Assembly: GCA_963803145.1 (NCBI GenBank) | Contig: CAWDLW010000015.1 | Coordinates: 352,001-416,000 of the forward strand | Direction: 5' to 3' | DNA length: 64,000 nt | Source: Methanotrichaceae archaeon | GTDB lineage: Archaea > Halobacteriota > Methanosarcinia > Methanotrichales > Methanotrichaceae | Shown here: one piece after another, positions 1 through 10,839 of the stretch | Layout of the letters: each line of letters begins with the position of its first letter | Position numbering within the stretch: position 1 is the first letter of the stretch | Made by a program: the position numbers and the translations under genes | Notes under the pieces: generated by a model | What the model was told of the DNA's origin: nothing | The model's input: only the letters and a program-made list of their open reading frames with translations | Databases searched by the model: none

Positions 1-370
1 TCCTCTCCAGCAGTTCCGATAGCTTGGTCGTCTCCTCATCTGAGGAAGATACCTTGACTGTAATGTGATCTGGTCTGCCGGTCTTGCAGATATCTTCTCT
101 GATCAGCTGGTTTGTCCATGGAGTGGCGGTCATAAAGGCCATCTCAGGATGGGGCTCATCATCAGAGAGCTTTACGGTCACTACTATGCTGCCCACATCG
201 TTCTCAATCTTCACATTCTGGCCCTCCTTGACACCTATCTTCGCCATATCCTGTTTATCCATGATTATCCTGGCACTAAGCTTCTGATAATCATCTGTGT
301 GTATTCCCTTCTCCTTGGCTTCACGCTGGAAGATATCTTCAAAGGTGATTATCTTGATCTCTGCAGGCAT
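1..370 (-). CDS. Partial (runs off window) molybdopterin-dinucleotide-binding protein, FmdD/FwdD-like
   Basis: Not in ORF track. Manual translation from ATG at 370: MPAEIKIITFEDIFQREAKEKGIHTDDYQKLSARIIMDKQDMAKIGVKEGQNVKIENDVGSIVV...EMAFMTATPWTNQLI, which resembles FwdD; GGGAG upstream. Confidence 0.7.
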   Translation of the reverse strand, partial: MPAEIKIITFEDIFQREAKEKGIHTDDYQKLSARIIMDKQDMAKIGVKEGQNVKIENDVGSIVVTVKLSDDEPHPEMAFMTATPWTNQLIREDICKTGRPDHITVKVSSSDEETTKLSELLER

Positions 371-667
371 CCAATCTCCCCAGTCTATTTTATTTTTATC
401 TGTTAAATCATACTAATTTGCATAAAGGCTATCATCTAGATAAAAAGTTAATCGTTCATATAAACTTCAGAAGGGTATTCCTATAATCCTTAAAAAGATG
501 ACCTCGTTAAGTCGGGGCTATTCCAGCCATATCGGCAAGAGCCGTAATTATAACCTCCCAGATACACGATACTATATATAGAATACCGATTTCAAGGATT
601 GGTGGCAGAGTCGGCTTCCTTATAGAATACGCTCGACAATGTCCAATAGCGTGATAAAGGAGATAAT

Positions 668-1318
668 ATGTCAAAGTCGATACTTATTCTGGCTTTAATA
701 TGCCTCATAGTGGCCTTAGGAGGCCTTGCAGCCATAGCAGGTGCACAGATATATGCCGCAGGCGGCAGCGGCGCCGACGAGAACTGGGATCCTATGCATA
801 AGTTGGATGAGATAGGTAACCCCGCGGCACAGGAGACAACTCCACCAGTCTTTGGTCCCACAGCAGCCAGGTTGACGAACTCACAATTCAGCAGAGGGGC
901 ACAGAATAATAGTACCAGCAGCTCAAATACGACGAACACTGCGAACAGTATCGAGCAGACACCAGTGATTAACATTAATCTTGAAAATATTAGCGCCATG
1001 CCGAATCCTGCAAATCCCGGAAGCCCTGTTGAGATTACTGCGGTCCTTAGCAATGTAGAGAATATGACAGCTTATGCGATCATCAACAACTCAATGGGCG
1101 TACAGGTCGGCAATGTAGCTCTGGAGCGCTCATCCGGAGGAGAATATGTCGGGACCTGGAAGGCCGGCATTGCTACAGGGACTTATAGTGCAACTATTGT
1201 AGCATCTGCATCAGGTGCGTCCAAGACCTTCAATGATGCAATACAGATGGAGGTAAAAGAACCAGTTAATGCAACCAGTAACAGTAATAGCAAAACTACT
1301 TACACCAAGCTGGGGTGA
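668..1318 (+). CDS. Secreted/surface hypothetical protein with Ig-like C-terminal domain
   Basis: Hydrophobic signal peptide, N/S/T-rich linker, beta-rich C-terminus (PNPANPGSPVEITA...YVGTW); AGGAG RBS. Confidence 0.7.
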   Translation: MSKSILILALICLIVALGGLAAIAGAQIYAAGGSGADENWDPMHKLDEIGNPAAQETTPPVFGPTAARLTNSQFSRGAQNNSTSSSNTTNTANSIEQTPVININLENISAMPNPANPGSPVEITAVLSNVENMTAYAIINNSMGVQVGNVALERSSGGEYVGTWKAGIATGTYSATIVASASGASKTFNDAIQMEVKEPVNATSNSNSKTTYTKLG

Positions 1319-1509
1319 CGTTAACTATAGTCAACTCCAGTTTTGCTTTTTCTAATTAATCCATAATCAAGAAGCGGAGCGCCTTTTGCCCTTCGATTTC
1401 AATACTTGTTAAACACGATAACTTACAAAAATCCAAATGATTTAGCATTCATGCAAAACCTCTTTAACCCCATCACACCAATACCCAGGGCCAGCAGGCT
1501 GTGTAAAGG

Positions 1510-2535
1510 ATGAGAGAGGTAATTCTGGACTCGAAGGAGGACAAAACGCAGGTTTACCTGCCTGAAAAATGCATAGGCTGTGGGACCTGTGTCCAAGTTT
1601 GCCCCAAGGGTGAGCTTGTGATAGGCTCTGTGGGCGCTGTGGCCCGCGACTTGATTGACAAAGATTATATTGAAAAGAGGAGAGGCACTTGCGTCTTCTG
1701 CGGCCTTTGTGCTCGGATCTGCCCTACTGGGGCGCTGGAGATGCGAGTCGCAGGAAAGGCGGTAAAGGATGATTCATACCTGCATGTAGCCTTGAAACCG
1801 ACGCAATCGAGCGATAAATGTGTTCACTGCGGCCTATGCGTCGAGGTCTGCCCCCGAAGATGTATAGAGATCAAAGATCGAAAGCTGGCTGAAGATGGAA
1901 GCCTGCGAATGGAGGGCAAGACCATAATCGATCTTAACGCTTGCATTCACTGCGGATGGTGCGCCATCACCTGTCCGGCTGGAGCTATCTCATTTGAGAA
2001 GCCTTTTTCAGGCGAGTTCTTCAGGGACGATAAGATCTGCCAGGCATGCCGGACCTGCGTTCACACCTGCCCGGCCAATGCCCTATTTAATAAAGAATGG
2101 GATCAGGGCGAGATCGTGGAGAAGGTAACCCACCGCAAAGACGCCTGCATTTACTGCGGTGCCTGTGCCCAGGCGTGCCCTGTGAGGGCCATCACTGTTC
2201 GGAAAACGGGGATAATACCGGAGATGAAAGGCAAGAAGGCTTTTGAAAAAATGCTCTCGGACATTGCGCCCTGGCCGACTCTGACTTCAGTTTTGAAAAC
2301 AGACGGCGAAGCCTGTCTAGGATGCGGCAACTGCATCATTGCCTGCCCTGTAAATGCATTATCCGATCCATATCTGGCCGCAGGCCATCTGAACGAACTG
2401 GAGAGAAAGCCCCTGCTGGAGGTGCTGAATGGCACTGTTAAGGTAGTCGATCAGGAGGTTTGCGGCTCCTGTGCCACCTGCAGCATGATCTGCCCTGTAG
2501 AGGCAATTTGGTTGAAGAGGCGGGATGTGATCTGA
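1510..2535 (+). CDS. fmdF: Formylmethanofuran dehydrogenase polyferredoxin subunit F
   Basis: Eight CxxCxxCxxxCP motifs; first gene of the fmd operon. Confidence 0.9.
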   Translation: MREVILDSKEDKTQVYLPEKCIGCGTCVQVCPKGELVIGSVGAVARDLIDKDYIEKRRGTCVFCGLCARICPTGALEMRVAGKAVKDDSYLHVALKPTQSSDKCVHCGLCVEVCPRRCIEIKDRKLAEDGSLRMEGKTIIDLNACIHCGWCAITCPAGAISFEKPFSGEFFRDDKICQACRTCVHTCPANALFNKEWDQGEIVEKVTHRKDACIYCGACAQACPVRAITVRKTGIIPEMKGKKAFEKMLSDIAPWPTLTSVLKTDGEACLGCGNCIIACPVNALSDPYLAAGHLNELERKPLLEVLNGTVKVVDQEVCGSCATCSMICPVEAIWLKRRDVI

Positions 2536-4313
2536 TGCCAGCAAAAAATATTATGATTATCAGGAACGGCTACGTCTTCGACCCCTTGAATGAGATCAAC
2601 AGTGAGGTCAAAGATATCTTCATCAAAGACGGAAAAGTTGTAGCTGATCTTTCCGGTGCCGAGATGAGGGATGCTAAAATAATCGATGCCTCAGGCAAGA
2701 CTGTTATGCCTGGCGGTGTGGACTCCCATTCACACGTGGCCGGTGCAAAGGTAAATGCTGGCCGACTAATGAGGCCTGAAGACCACTACAAATCTGTCCG
2801 CTCCAAGACTGCTTTGACTCACTCCGGCAGCGGCTACACGGTCCCTTCAGTTTACAAGCAGGGCTACGATTATGCTGTCATGGGTTACACCACAGTCTTC
2901 GAAGCAGCAATGCCTCCACTCGAAGCCCGTCATACACATGAAGAGATGAGGGCCACGCCTATTTTGGACATGGGCGCCTACATGGTCTTCGGCAACAACT
3001 GGTTCATCATGCGTTACTTGAAAGAGGGTGACATCGAGAAGGCTGCTGCATATGTCGCCTGGATGCTTCGGACTCACAAGGCATATGGCATCAAGTGCGT
3101 CAATCCTGCGGGTGTGGAGAACTGGGGCTGGGCCCAGAACGTTCACAGCCTAGACGAGTCCAACATCCACTTCGAGGTAACACCCAGGGAAATCATCCGC
3201 GGGCTGGCCGAGGTAACTGAACTTCTGGGACTGCCAATCTCCCTCCATCTGCATACCAACAACCTGGGGCATCCCGGAAACTGGGAGATCACAAGAAACT
3301 CGTTGCAAATTATGGAGGGATTAGAGCCAAGAAACAAGACTGATGTAGAGTGGGCCGAGACCAAGATGAAGCCCCAGCGCAAGCAGACTGTCTACCTGGC
3401 CCATGCTCAGTTCAGCTCTTTTGGCGGCACCTCATGGAGGGACTTCGGCTCCGGCGTGAAGGGCCTTGTAGATTATGTAAATCAAGTAGACCATGTCGTA
3501 ATAGACAACGGAGCAGTTCCTTTCGGCCCAGGCACAGCAATGACAGGCGACGGCCCCGCCATACATGACCTGTATATGCTATCAGGCCAGAAATGGTCGA
3601 ACACTGATGTCGAGCTGGAATGCGGCTCGGGAGTGATCCCCTGGATGTATCTCAAGAGCAGCCCCATCAACAGCGTTCAGTGGGCAATGGGACTTGAGCT
3701 ACTTCTTCTGATCAAAGATCCATGGAAGACCATTATGACTACAGACCACCCCAACGGTGGAGTTTTCACCCAATACCCTGACGTTATCACGTGGCTGATG
3801 TCCCGCAAAGCGCGTGAGGATACCTTGAAGGAATGCCATAAATGGGCTGCTGATAGGTCAAGCCTGGCAGCAATCGAGCGAGAGCTGAGCCTCTACGAGA
3901 TAGCAATAGTTACCAGAGCTAATCAGGCCAGGACCATCGGCATGGCCAACCGAAAAGGCAGCTTGGGCGTTGGTGCAGACGGGGATGTGACAATCTATGA
4001 TTTAGATCCCAATAAACTAAATGTAAATGACTATGTGCAGATCAAGCGAGCTTTCTCCAGAGCTGAATACACTATTAAAGATGGACAGATTGTAGTCCGC
4101 CAGGGCGAAGTTTTAAGCGTTCCTGATGGCCGACGGTTCTACAGTACACCTTTCGTGGATGAAACATTGGAGAAAGACATGCTTGCCGACGTCAAAGAGT
4201 GGTTCAAGTATTACACGCTGGGCTTCAACAACTACCCTGTTCCTGATAAGTATCTGAAGAATCCTACACCAATAGCTGTAAATCGTCCTTTAGAGGCTTC
4301 GGCGAGGAGGTGA
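2535..4313 (+). CDS. fmdA: Formylmethanofuran dehydrogenase subunit A (amidohydrolase)
   Basis: PGGVDSHSH, GYTTVFEAA, TTDHPNGG motifs; true start ATG 2535 overlaps the fmdF stop (TGATG). Confidence 0.95.
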   Translation: MPAKNIMIIRNGYVFDPLNEINSEVKDIFIKDGKVVADLSGAEMRDAKIIDASGKTVMPGGVDSHSHVAGAKVNAGRLMRPEDHYKSVRSKTALTHSGSGYTVPSVYKQGYDYAVMGYTTVFEAAMPPLEARHTHEEMRATPILDMGAYMVFGNNWFIMRYLKEGDIEKAAAYVAWMLRTHKAYGIKCVNPAGVENWGWAQNVHSLDESNIHFEVTPREIIRGLAEVTELLGLPISLHLHTNNLGHPGNWEITRNSLQIMEGLEPRNKTDVEWAETKMKPQRKQTVYLAHAQFSSFGGTSWRDFGSGVKGLVDYVNQVDHVVIDNGAVPFGPGTAMTGDGPAIHDLYMLSGQKWSNTDVELECGSGVIPWMYLKSSPINSVQWAMGLELLLLIKDPWKTIMTTDHPNGGVFTQYPDVITWLMSRKAREDTLKECHKWAADRSSLAAIERELSLYEIAIVTRANQARTIGMANRKGSLGVGADGDVTIYDLDPNKLNVNDYVQIKRAFSRAEYTIKDGQIVVRQGEVLSVPDGRRFYSTPFVDETLEKDMLADVKEWFKYYTLGFNNYPVPDKYLKNPTPIAVNRPLEASARR

Positions 4314-5110
4314 CTAGGGTGGAGATAATTCTCGAACCAAAGGGCAAGATCGGCATAATGATTGAAGCAGAGGTCATTCGGCCGGATATCATGTATGAAA
4401 AGAAGAAAGAGGAGATCGAAAGTCTGACCGTCTGGCAGGGACCGGAACGAATGCCTCTAGGCGATTTCTTTGATGTAGAGGTAATCGGAAATGGACCAGT
4501 TGAGGAGACTTCGATCCTTATCCATGGAGATGTCTCAAGAGTGAAGCGCATCGGCCAGGGCATGAAAACGGGAAAGATAGAGATCCATGGGTCGGCTGGC
4601 ATGCACGTAGGATCGGGGATGACCGGAGGCAGCATTCTTGTCAATGGGGATGCAGGTTCCTGGGCTGGCATGGAGATGAAAGGCGGCCTGCTTCGTATTT
4701 TTGGAAATGCAGGTGATCACGCGGGATCTGCCTATCGAGGAAGCTGGAGCGGCATGTCCGGAGGCAGGATTGTCATCGAAGGCGATGCCAGAAACCAGCT
4801 CGGCAACGGCTTAACCGGTGGGGAGATTGCAGTAGCCGGTAATGTGGAGAACTTTGCAGGCATTCGCCAATCAGGCGGCTTGATCCTGGTGCGAGGAGAC
4901 GCTATCCGGGGTGCAGGCGCTGAGATGACTGGGGGCACTCTAGCAGTATGCGGAAGGATCAAGCAATTCACTCCCGGATTTACGGAAATCGGCCGTGAAG
5001 AAAATCCGAAGCTTGGCGAGACGCGAGCGGAAGGAAAATTCGCCAAGTTCTCAGGGGATTATGCCATCAGCAAAAACCCCAAGGGATCGCTGTACCTTAA
5101 GGAGGTCTGA
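4310..5110 (+). CDS. fmdC: Formylmethanofuran dehydrogenase subunit C
   Basis: GXGXG beta-helix repeats (GxxMxGG), operon position. Confidence 0.95.
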   Translation: MTRVEIILEPKGKIGIMIEAEVIRPDIMYEKKKEEIESLTVWQGPERMPLGDFFDVEVIGNGPVEETSILIHGDVSRVKRIGQGMKTGKIEIHGSAGMHVGSGMTGGSILVNGDAGSWAGMEMKGGLLRIFGNAGDHAGSAYRGSWSGMSGGRIVIEGDARNQLGNGLTGGEIAVAGNVENFAGIRQSGGLILVRGDAIRGAGAEMTGGTLAVCGRIKQFTPGFTEIGREENPKLGETRAEGKFAKFSGDYAISKNPKGSLYLKEV

Positions 5111-5116
5111 GGGCCA

Positions 5117-5563
5117 ATGGAGGCCATGCTCAACCTCTTTGCGACCACGATGGAAGATGAGAAGATGATTGAAGAGTTTCTGCTAAACACTGGAAGCACA
5201 ATCGAGGAGGGAAGGCTTGCAAAGGGCGGCAGCAAGCTCACCGATGATTATACGGAGGAATGTGCAGTCTGCAATATGAATCCTGAGGATTATTCAAGTC
5301 TGGGATCTCCGCAGAAGGTCAAGATAACATCAAAGGATGGAAGGCATGGCATAGCCGTCTATGCCTATTCTGATGATTCAATTAGTCGGGGTCACGTCTT
5401 CATGCCCCGAGCCATTTGGTCCAATGTAGTCATCGATCCCGAGACGTTCTCAACTGGATCTCCACTTTACAAGGGCTCTCGTGTTCTTGTTGAGCCCACC
5501 CAGGAAAAAGTGATGAATGCTAAAGAGCTGGTAGTAGCACTCTATGCCAGGCACAGAAAATGA
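5117..5563 (+). CDS. fmdD: Formylmethanofuran dehydrogenase subunit D (start may be ATG 5165)
   Basis: LNTGSTIEEG, VFMPRAIWSN, TGSPLYKG motifs. Confidence 0.9.
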   Translation: MEAMLNLFATTMEDEKMIEEFLLNTGSTIEEGRLAKGGSKLTDDYTEECAVCNMNPEDYSSLGSPQKVKITSKDGRHGIAVYAYSDDSISRGHVFMPRAIWSNVVIDPETFSTGSPLYKGSRVLVEPTQEKVMNAKELVVALYARHRK

Positions 5564-5572
5564 GGTAGAGGG

Positions 5573-6883
5573 ATGACCTTTAAAAACATCATTTGTCCCG
5601 TCTGCGGGGCTTCATGCGATGACATCCAGGTGGATCTGACAGGAGATGCCCTGACGGTTAAGAATGCCTGCAAGATGGGTAACGCCAAGTTTCAGGAGAT
5701 TGTGAGCACCCACAGAATACGGGATCCCATGCTCAAGGATGAAGGCGATTTCAGAAAGGCTGCGTGGGATGAAGCTATACAGCGAGCAGCCGAGATTCTG
5801 GCAGGCGCAAAACGCCCTCTGATATTTATGGGCAGCGAGACCTCCTGCGAAGCCATGGAGGTCGGGCTTCATTTAGGCGAGTATCTTGGAGCTGTTGTAG
5901 ATTCCAACTCCACTGTCTGCCACGGCCCCACTGCTATGGGCATCCAGGAGGCAGGTCGTGTCGGTGCTACTGCTGGCCAGAGCAAGAACAGAGCAGATCT
6001 GGCAGTGTATTGGGGCTCGAATCCACTGGAGTCCATGCCCAGGCATATGTCGAGGTATGCCATTTATCCAAGGGGCTACTGGACAAGGCGAGGCAGGTTT
6101 GACAGAAAAGTCATAACTGTGGACCCGAGGAAATCTATCACGGCAAGAAACTCAGATCTGCATATCCAGCTCAAGCCGAACACCGACTATGAGCTAATAT
6201 CGGCTCTGCTCACATTGCTGCACGGCAAAAAGCCACACCCCTCTGTCGAGAATATCACCGGCGTCAAAATCTCCGAAATGGAAAAGATGCTGGAGATAAT
6301 GAAGAACTGCAACTTTGGCGCTATTTATGTCGGCCTGGGGATTGCCTCCTCTTTCGGCAAGCATCGCAATACGGAAGCAGCGTTCAATCTTGTTAAGGAG
6401 TTGAATGTTCATACGAAGTTCGTGATAGGAGCTTTACGGGGCCACTGCAATGTCGCCGGTTTTAACCAGATCGCTTCTTATCTCTATGGCTATCCCTTTG
6501 GTTTGGACTTCGCCCGAGGTTATCCTCGGTATAATCCCGGAGAGTATACGGCTGTAGATGTTCTGCGGGAGAAAGATGTGGACGCTGCATTGATAGTCTC
6601 AGCCGACCTGGTGTCGCACTTCCCTGCTGCCTGTGCCGAAGCGCTGGCTGATATCCCTGTGGCCTGCATTGATATTGCACCATGCCCAACTACTATGATC
6701 TCTGACGTTGTTATACCCGGAGTCATCGATGCAATGGAGTGCGATGGTACATTCTACCGTCTTGACGATGTGCCGGTCTACTTCCAGCCGTTTACGGATT
6801 CGCCATTCCAGTTTACGAAAAGCAATGAAGATACAATGAAGCAGATCTTCGAGAGGGTAAAGGCGATCAAGGGCAGTAAGTGA
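5573..6883 (+). CDS. fmdB: Formylmethanofuran dehydrogenase catalytic Mo/W subunit B (Cys ligand)
   Basis: CPVCGASCDD, VCHGP, RGHCNVAG motifs. Confidence 0.95.
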   Translation: MTFKNIICPVCGASCDDIQVDLTGDALTVKNACKMGNAKFQEIVSTHRIRDPMLKDEGDFRKAAWDEAIQRAAEILAGAKRPLIFMGSETSCEAMEVGLHLGEYLGAVVDSNSTVCHGPTAMGIQEAGRVGATAGQSKNRADLAVYWGSNPLESMPRHMSRYAIYPRGYWTRRGRFDRKVITVDPRKSITARNSDLHIQLKPNTDYELISALLTLLHGKKPHPSVENITGVKISEMEKMLEIMKNCNFGAIYVGLGIASSFGKHRNTEAAFNLVKELNVHTKFVIGALRGHCNVAGFNQIASYLYGYPFGLDFARGYPRYNPGEYTAVDVLREKDVDAALIVSADLVSHFPAACAEALADIPVACIDIAPCPTTMISDVVIPGVIDAMECDGTFYRLDDVPVYFQPFTDSPFQFTKSNEDTMKQIFERVKAIKGSK

Positions 6884-6937
6884 AGAAGGAAAAATGGTTA
6901 CTTTCTGCTTTGAATAGGCTAATTTGAGGCCGAAAAT

Positions 6938-6977
6938 AGTCAAACAGGCGTACCCTGCAGCAAGCTGCGGGGTATTC
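6938..6977 (-). mobile_element. Minimal IS200/IS605-type end remnant (single hairpin)
   Basis: Reverse complement GAATACCCCGCAGCTTGCTGCAGGGTACGCCTGTTTGACT matches both ends of the IS200 at 12.9-13.5 kb. Confidence 0.65.
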
Positions 6978-7139
6978 AATAAAATAAAGAATTTCACGAT
7001 GTTTCCGAGGTTGTTCCGAGTTAACCGAGTCGCAATATCCCGAATCGGAATCTTTAACCATCAAGCACAATCATGATAGTTGACAGAAATGTTTAATCAA
7101 GATAGACCATCGATGAGAATAGTCTGAGCATTGATTGAA

Positions 7140-7413
7140 CCCACATCCCGCAGGTAGGTCATCAAGAATTTGGATTTTTTTGATTATACAAATTGAGATT
7201 TAATATTTAATTATGCACCCATGAATGATAAAGATAAAAACAAAAAATAAAATATGGCCCAAGCATTCCAACAAGTCTTTAGAGAATCTGATGCTATAAT
7301 TATTGGAGGATATAATTCCGGCTCAAAACAAAGTGACCGCATCTGCGTGGTTTTGCAGAAAATCGTTATCAAGAAAAATGCTAAGCCTTAGAGTTTTACC
7401 TGCGGGATGTGGG
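7140..7413. mobile_element. 274-bp MITE (IS1634-like ends)
   Basis: Perfect 17-bp TIR CCCACATCCCGCAGGTA / TACCTGCGGGATGTGGG; 6-bp TSD ATTGAA at 7134-7139 and 7414-7419; no ORF. Confidence 0.8.
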
Positions 7414-8075
7414 ATTGAAGATGCGCTGGATGTTCAATTCGCCAAGGCAGACTGATTGATACCATGATACTATGAGTAAAACCAATATGTTCTATTATTG
7501 TCCCTGGAATTATTTACTTTTAGGTTGTACACCTACCTCATTTCAATATAATAAGTTACACTTACTTTTGGGAGTTAACCAGCAATAAGTATCTTTCTCA
7601 AAAGCATCATTTTTTACTGCAAATGCTACTGCCCTGCATCCACTACAGTTCTTGATGTATAAGCAATTTGAGCATTTACCAACTTCTTTTCTATTTCTTA
7701 AATCATCAAGTAAACTAGAAGAATACCATATATCAAAAAATGTAGATTTTGCTAAATTTCCTATTATTATTGGCAATCTTCTACAAGCCATAACATCTTC
7801 ATTTGGCATTAAGGCAAGACCTGAGAAGCCTGCAGCACACCCACCCCCTATAATATCCTGGTATTCCTTAAATTCATCTTTTAATAATGTCCATAGCGGT
7901 CTTCTCATATCGATTTTCAATTTAGAACCAATTATAATTAATTCTATTTGTTTTTTAATTATGTTTCTATAAAGTTCATGCGTTTCCTCTGGATTCAACA
8001 TTAATTCTAAGAGTTTTTCTCCCCTTCCCTCGGGAACCAAAGGAGTGATTCCTAGTGTCGATACATTTAAAGAGT

Positions 8076-9606
8076 GAACATGCTCAATAGCAGGTAAAAT
8101 TAACCGACCTTTGGGATCATATCGGCTAATCTTGGCATAGAAAAGCTATTAGAATAAATATCCTTGACATACAAATAGAATCTAACCTTTTGCTTTCTGC
8201 AAGTATCAAGTATAGAAAGCAAATTCCCCCAGGCTGCTTTGCCTAACTCAGATCTAGTGCCATAGCTGATCTTTCTTTTTAGCACACCCTCGCGAACAGC
8301 GATTTCAGATCCATTGTTGTGAAGAGGGATCTCCGGAAAATCGAGCATAAGGAGCAACTTATCTCGATCGCTATGGGTCGATGCTATCCGCTTGTCCAGT
8401 TCGAAGTATCCTGTAGTCGTTGTAAACAGGGATTCAAACCTTCGTTCAATTAACCTTCTGAGATCAATCTTTGGTTGGGATTTGAATTTCTTCAATAAAT
8501 CGTAGAACTTCCAAAGACTGGCAATGAATTTTTCCAGAATTGATCGGTGAAGGTCCAAATAAGGTTTCAACTTAATGTAATGCTGTATCTCGTGTAACCA
8601 GCAGTGACCATGATGGCAAGCTATGCCATCATATTGATGAGCACTATCGGTTACCATCGGAGTAGGCGTCAAGACTCCATCCAATAATCCGAGCAGGTCT
8701 CTAATTGTTTCTCGCTTCCTGTTTTTCTCGATAAAATAAGTAGAAAATTCTTCATTGCCGATATAATGCATATCGCCATTCTTGCCTGAATGCCTTGCGC
8801 CAGTACTATCGGTTTGGAAATACTTGGCGCACCTCATACCGGTTTCAAATATTGCTGATTTCTCAGCTGAGAAGACTTCGCTCTTCTCTTTAGTCAGTAT
8901 ATTTGAGATTTCGCCTTCTGAGATGAAGATACCAAAATCAGTTAAGATACTATGGATCTTGTTTTCAGTCACTCTGCCTGCATAATAAAATGTAGCAATG
9001 AGCGCCTTTAGGTCGCTGCCAAATTGGGTGTTCTGAATTTCCTTTGGAAGCTCAGCATAATAATGCTTGTCCAGTGACTTGGAATAATAGTGTCCTCGCC
9101 GGTATTCGATATTATCAGTCTGTAGCTGGATATTTTGGATTATTACAGGTTCATACCCAAGGTATACAGCATCCGGCGGCAAGATATCGGACTCGATATC
9201 TAACCAAACTACTCGATTGATCTTTATCTTGGGATTCTTCGATCCCTTTGACCATTTCTTAGACTTCTCTGTTGATGCTTGTTTTGGTTCCAGATTAGGG
9301 ATGTTTGGCGCGATCTTCGGTTTGCCCTTCAAACCTTTTAATCTTGCTATTTCATCACCTTGTTGTTGGATTATCTCATTTTGCCGCCGTATCACTTGAG
9401 CTTGATATTCTATAAAGTTGAGCAACTTTCGGAATAGCTCTTTAGTTGCCTCCTTGTCATCGAAGTCGATCTTATCGATATCAAGGGTTATTATTTCTTC
9501 TTCAATTGCCTTATCCACAAGTATACTTATTTAGTTTTCTCAGCATTTTTAATTTCTGAACGATACGTCTTAATTTGCTGATCTGAACAAGCTATTGAGC
9601 ATGTTC
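8076..9606 (-). mobile_element. IS66-family element (single-ORF type)
   Basis: 16-bp TIR GAACATGCTCAATAGC; 8-bp TSD TAAAGAGT at 8068-8075 and 9607-9614. Confidence 0.9.
8100..9518 (-). CDS. IS66-family transposase
   Basis: N-terminal coiled coil, DSTG, CWLHE, HNNGSEIAVREGVLKRKISYGTRS motifs. Confidence 0.85.
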   Translation of the reverse strand: MDKAIEEEIITLDIDKIDFDDKEATKELFRKLLNFIEYQAQVIRRQNEIIQQQGDEIARLKGLKGKPKIAPNIPNLEPKQASTEKSKKWSKGSKNPKIKINRVVWLDIESDILPPDAVYLGYEPVIIQNIQLQTDNIEYRRGHYYSKSLDKHYYAELPKEIQNTQFGSDLKALIATFYYAGRVTENKIHSILTDFGIFISEGEISNILTKEKSEVFSAEKSAIFETGMRCAKYFQTDSTGARHSGKNGDMHYIGNEEFSTYFIEKNRKRETIRDLLGLLDGVLTPTPMVTDSAHQYDGIACHHGHCWLHEIQHYIKLKPYLDLHRSILEKFIASLWKFYDLLKKFKSQPKIDLRRLIERRFESLFTTTTGYFELDKRIASTHSDRDKLLLMLDFPEIPLHNNGSEIAVREGVLKRKISYGTRSELGKAAWGNLLSILDTCRKQKVRFYLYVKDIYSNSFSMPRLADMIPKVG

Positions 9607-10395
9607 TAAAGAGTCACATAGCTCAATAAATTCCTCAATTTCTTGGTAATTATTTTTGTGAAATACAAACATAACTGCTATCTTAATACTAGCAGAATTT
9701 AGAAGTTCTATAGCCTTTAGCACTTTATTATAGACCCCTTTGCCTCTAATAAAGTCACAAGTGTCTTCTTTTGCACCGTCAAGACTTATTTGTATATTAT
9801 CTATTTTACTTTTTTTAAGCTTGGTGACAATAGTCTCGTCTATTAAAGTGCCGTTGCTCAATATATTTTTTCTTATTTCTGGAAATTTTTGGTTACAATA
9901 GTCCAATAAATTGAAGAACTCATCCCCAAGAATAAATGGCTCTCCTCCTGTAAAGGCAATCTTCGGAACTTTTTTTATTTTTTTACAGAATTTTGCGAAA
10001 TCTGATATTATCTTTTTTTTCCGATCAAAATTAGTTTCTGTTCCTATATATTCTAAATTCTGATAACAATGTTTACACTTAAGATTACATTTATCAGTAA
10101 GATGCCATTGTAAGATAAATGCCTGTTGAAACTGGTTTTGCTTTTCAAAATTATGGTTCATTCGGTCTCACCTAATTTAAATAAGACATATTTATTCATG
10201 CCACGAATAATTAAAGGTTCTCTATTCACAATTCAATCATTACAAAGAGATTGTTTTATTAAACTTTTCCTAACTATAGAGGATTCGCATGAGAACCACT
10301 TCATCGACACCGCGTAAGGAGCATGTCAGCCACATGCACCCGATCATTCTTCCTGATTTCATAGCCACCCCCGTTAAAGGAGGTCTATCCTGAAG

Positions 10396-10602
10396 TTATA
10401 AGCATCTCTGGCGTGTGGAATTGGTCGGTGACGATACAAATATCTTGTCTCTCGATGGATTGATCCAATTCGCTTGTAAGCACTTTGAGGAAAACGAATG
10501 GCAATCAATAATAAGGCAGCGCTCAAAATTGTTCCAATATTTTTTGCACTTATTCTCTAAGCGCCTCATTATACGGCCTGAAGCAGGTGGCACGCATTTC
10601 AT
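10396..10602 (-). pseudogene. Fragment resembling N-formylglutamate amidohydrolase
   Basis: CLIIDCHSF motif within a short, frameshifted fragment. Confidence 0.35.
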
Positions 10603-10699
10603 CCTTTTAATATGAAAATGATTTGATCCATATCTATGCAGTTTCCGCTTTTGCCACGAATATCCAGCCTTTTCAAGTTATCTCAATATCGATCGCGCT

Positions 10700-10825
10700 C
10701 GCTTCTTCAAGACTCTTTCGCAAATTGCTTCAGTTCCTATTATCATGATAAGGCTCACCTTTATTGAGGACAAAATAGATATCGATCAGTATACGATGCG
10801 CTATGGCAACAAGAGCCCTTATTTG
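10700..10825 (-). pseudogene. IS110-family transposase C-terminal remnant
   Basis: Translates ALVAIAHRILIDIYFVL, typical of IS110 C-termini; boundaries approximate. Confidence 0.45.
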
Positions 10826-10839
10826 CCACTCCTTCTGGC

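Larger units (their letters stand above)
7543..10161 (-). pseudogene. Radical SAM/SPASM enzyme (putative RiPP maturase) split by IS66
   Basis: N-part 9607-10161 has CNLKCKHC and TGGEP; C-part has SPASM cysteines (CAAG, MACRR, CSNC..CSGC). Removing the IS and one TSD gives in-frame ...CDSL-NVSTLGITPLVPEGRG... Confidence 0.88.

Noticed and set aside
2460-2534. N-terminal extension of FmdA in the ORF track
   Set aside because: Overlaps fmdF; ATG 2535 with TGATG coupling fits better
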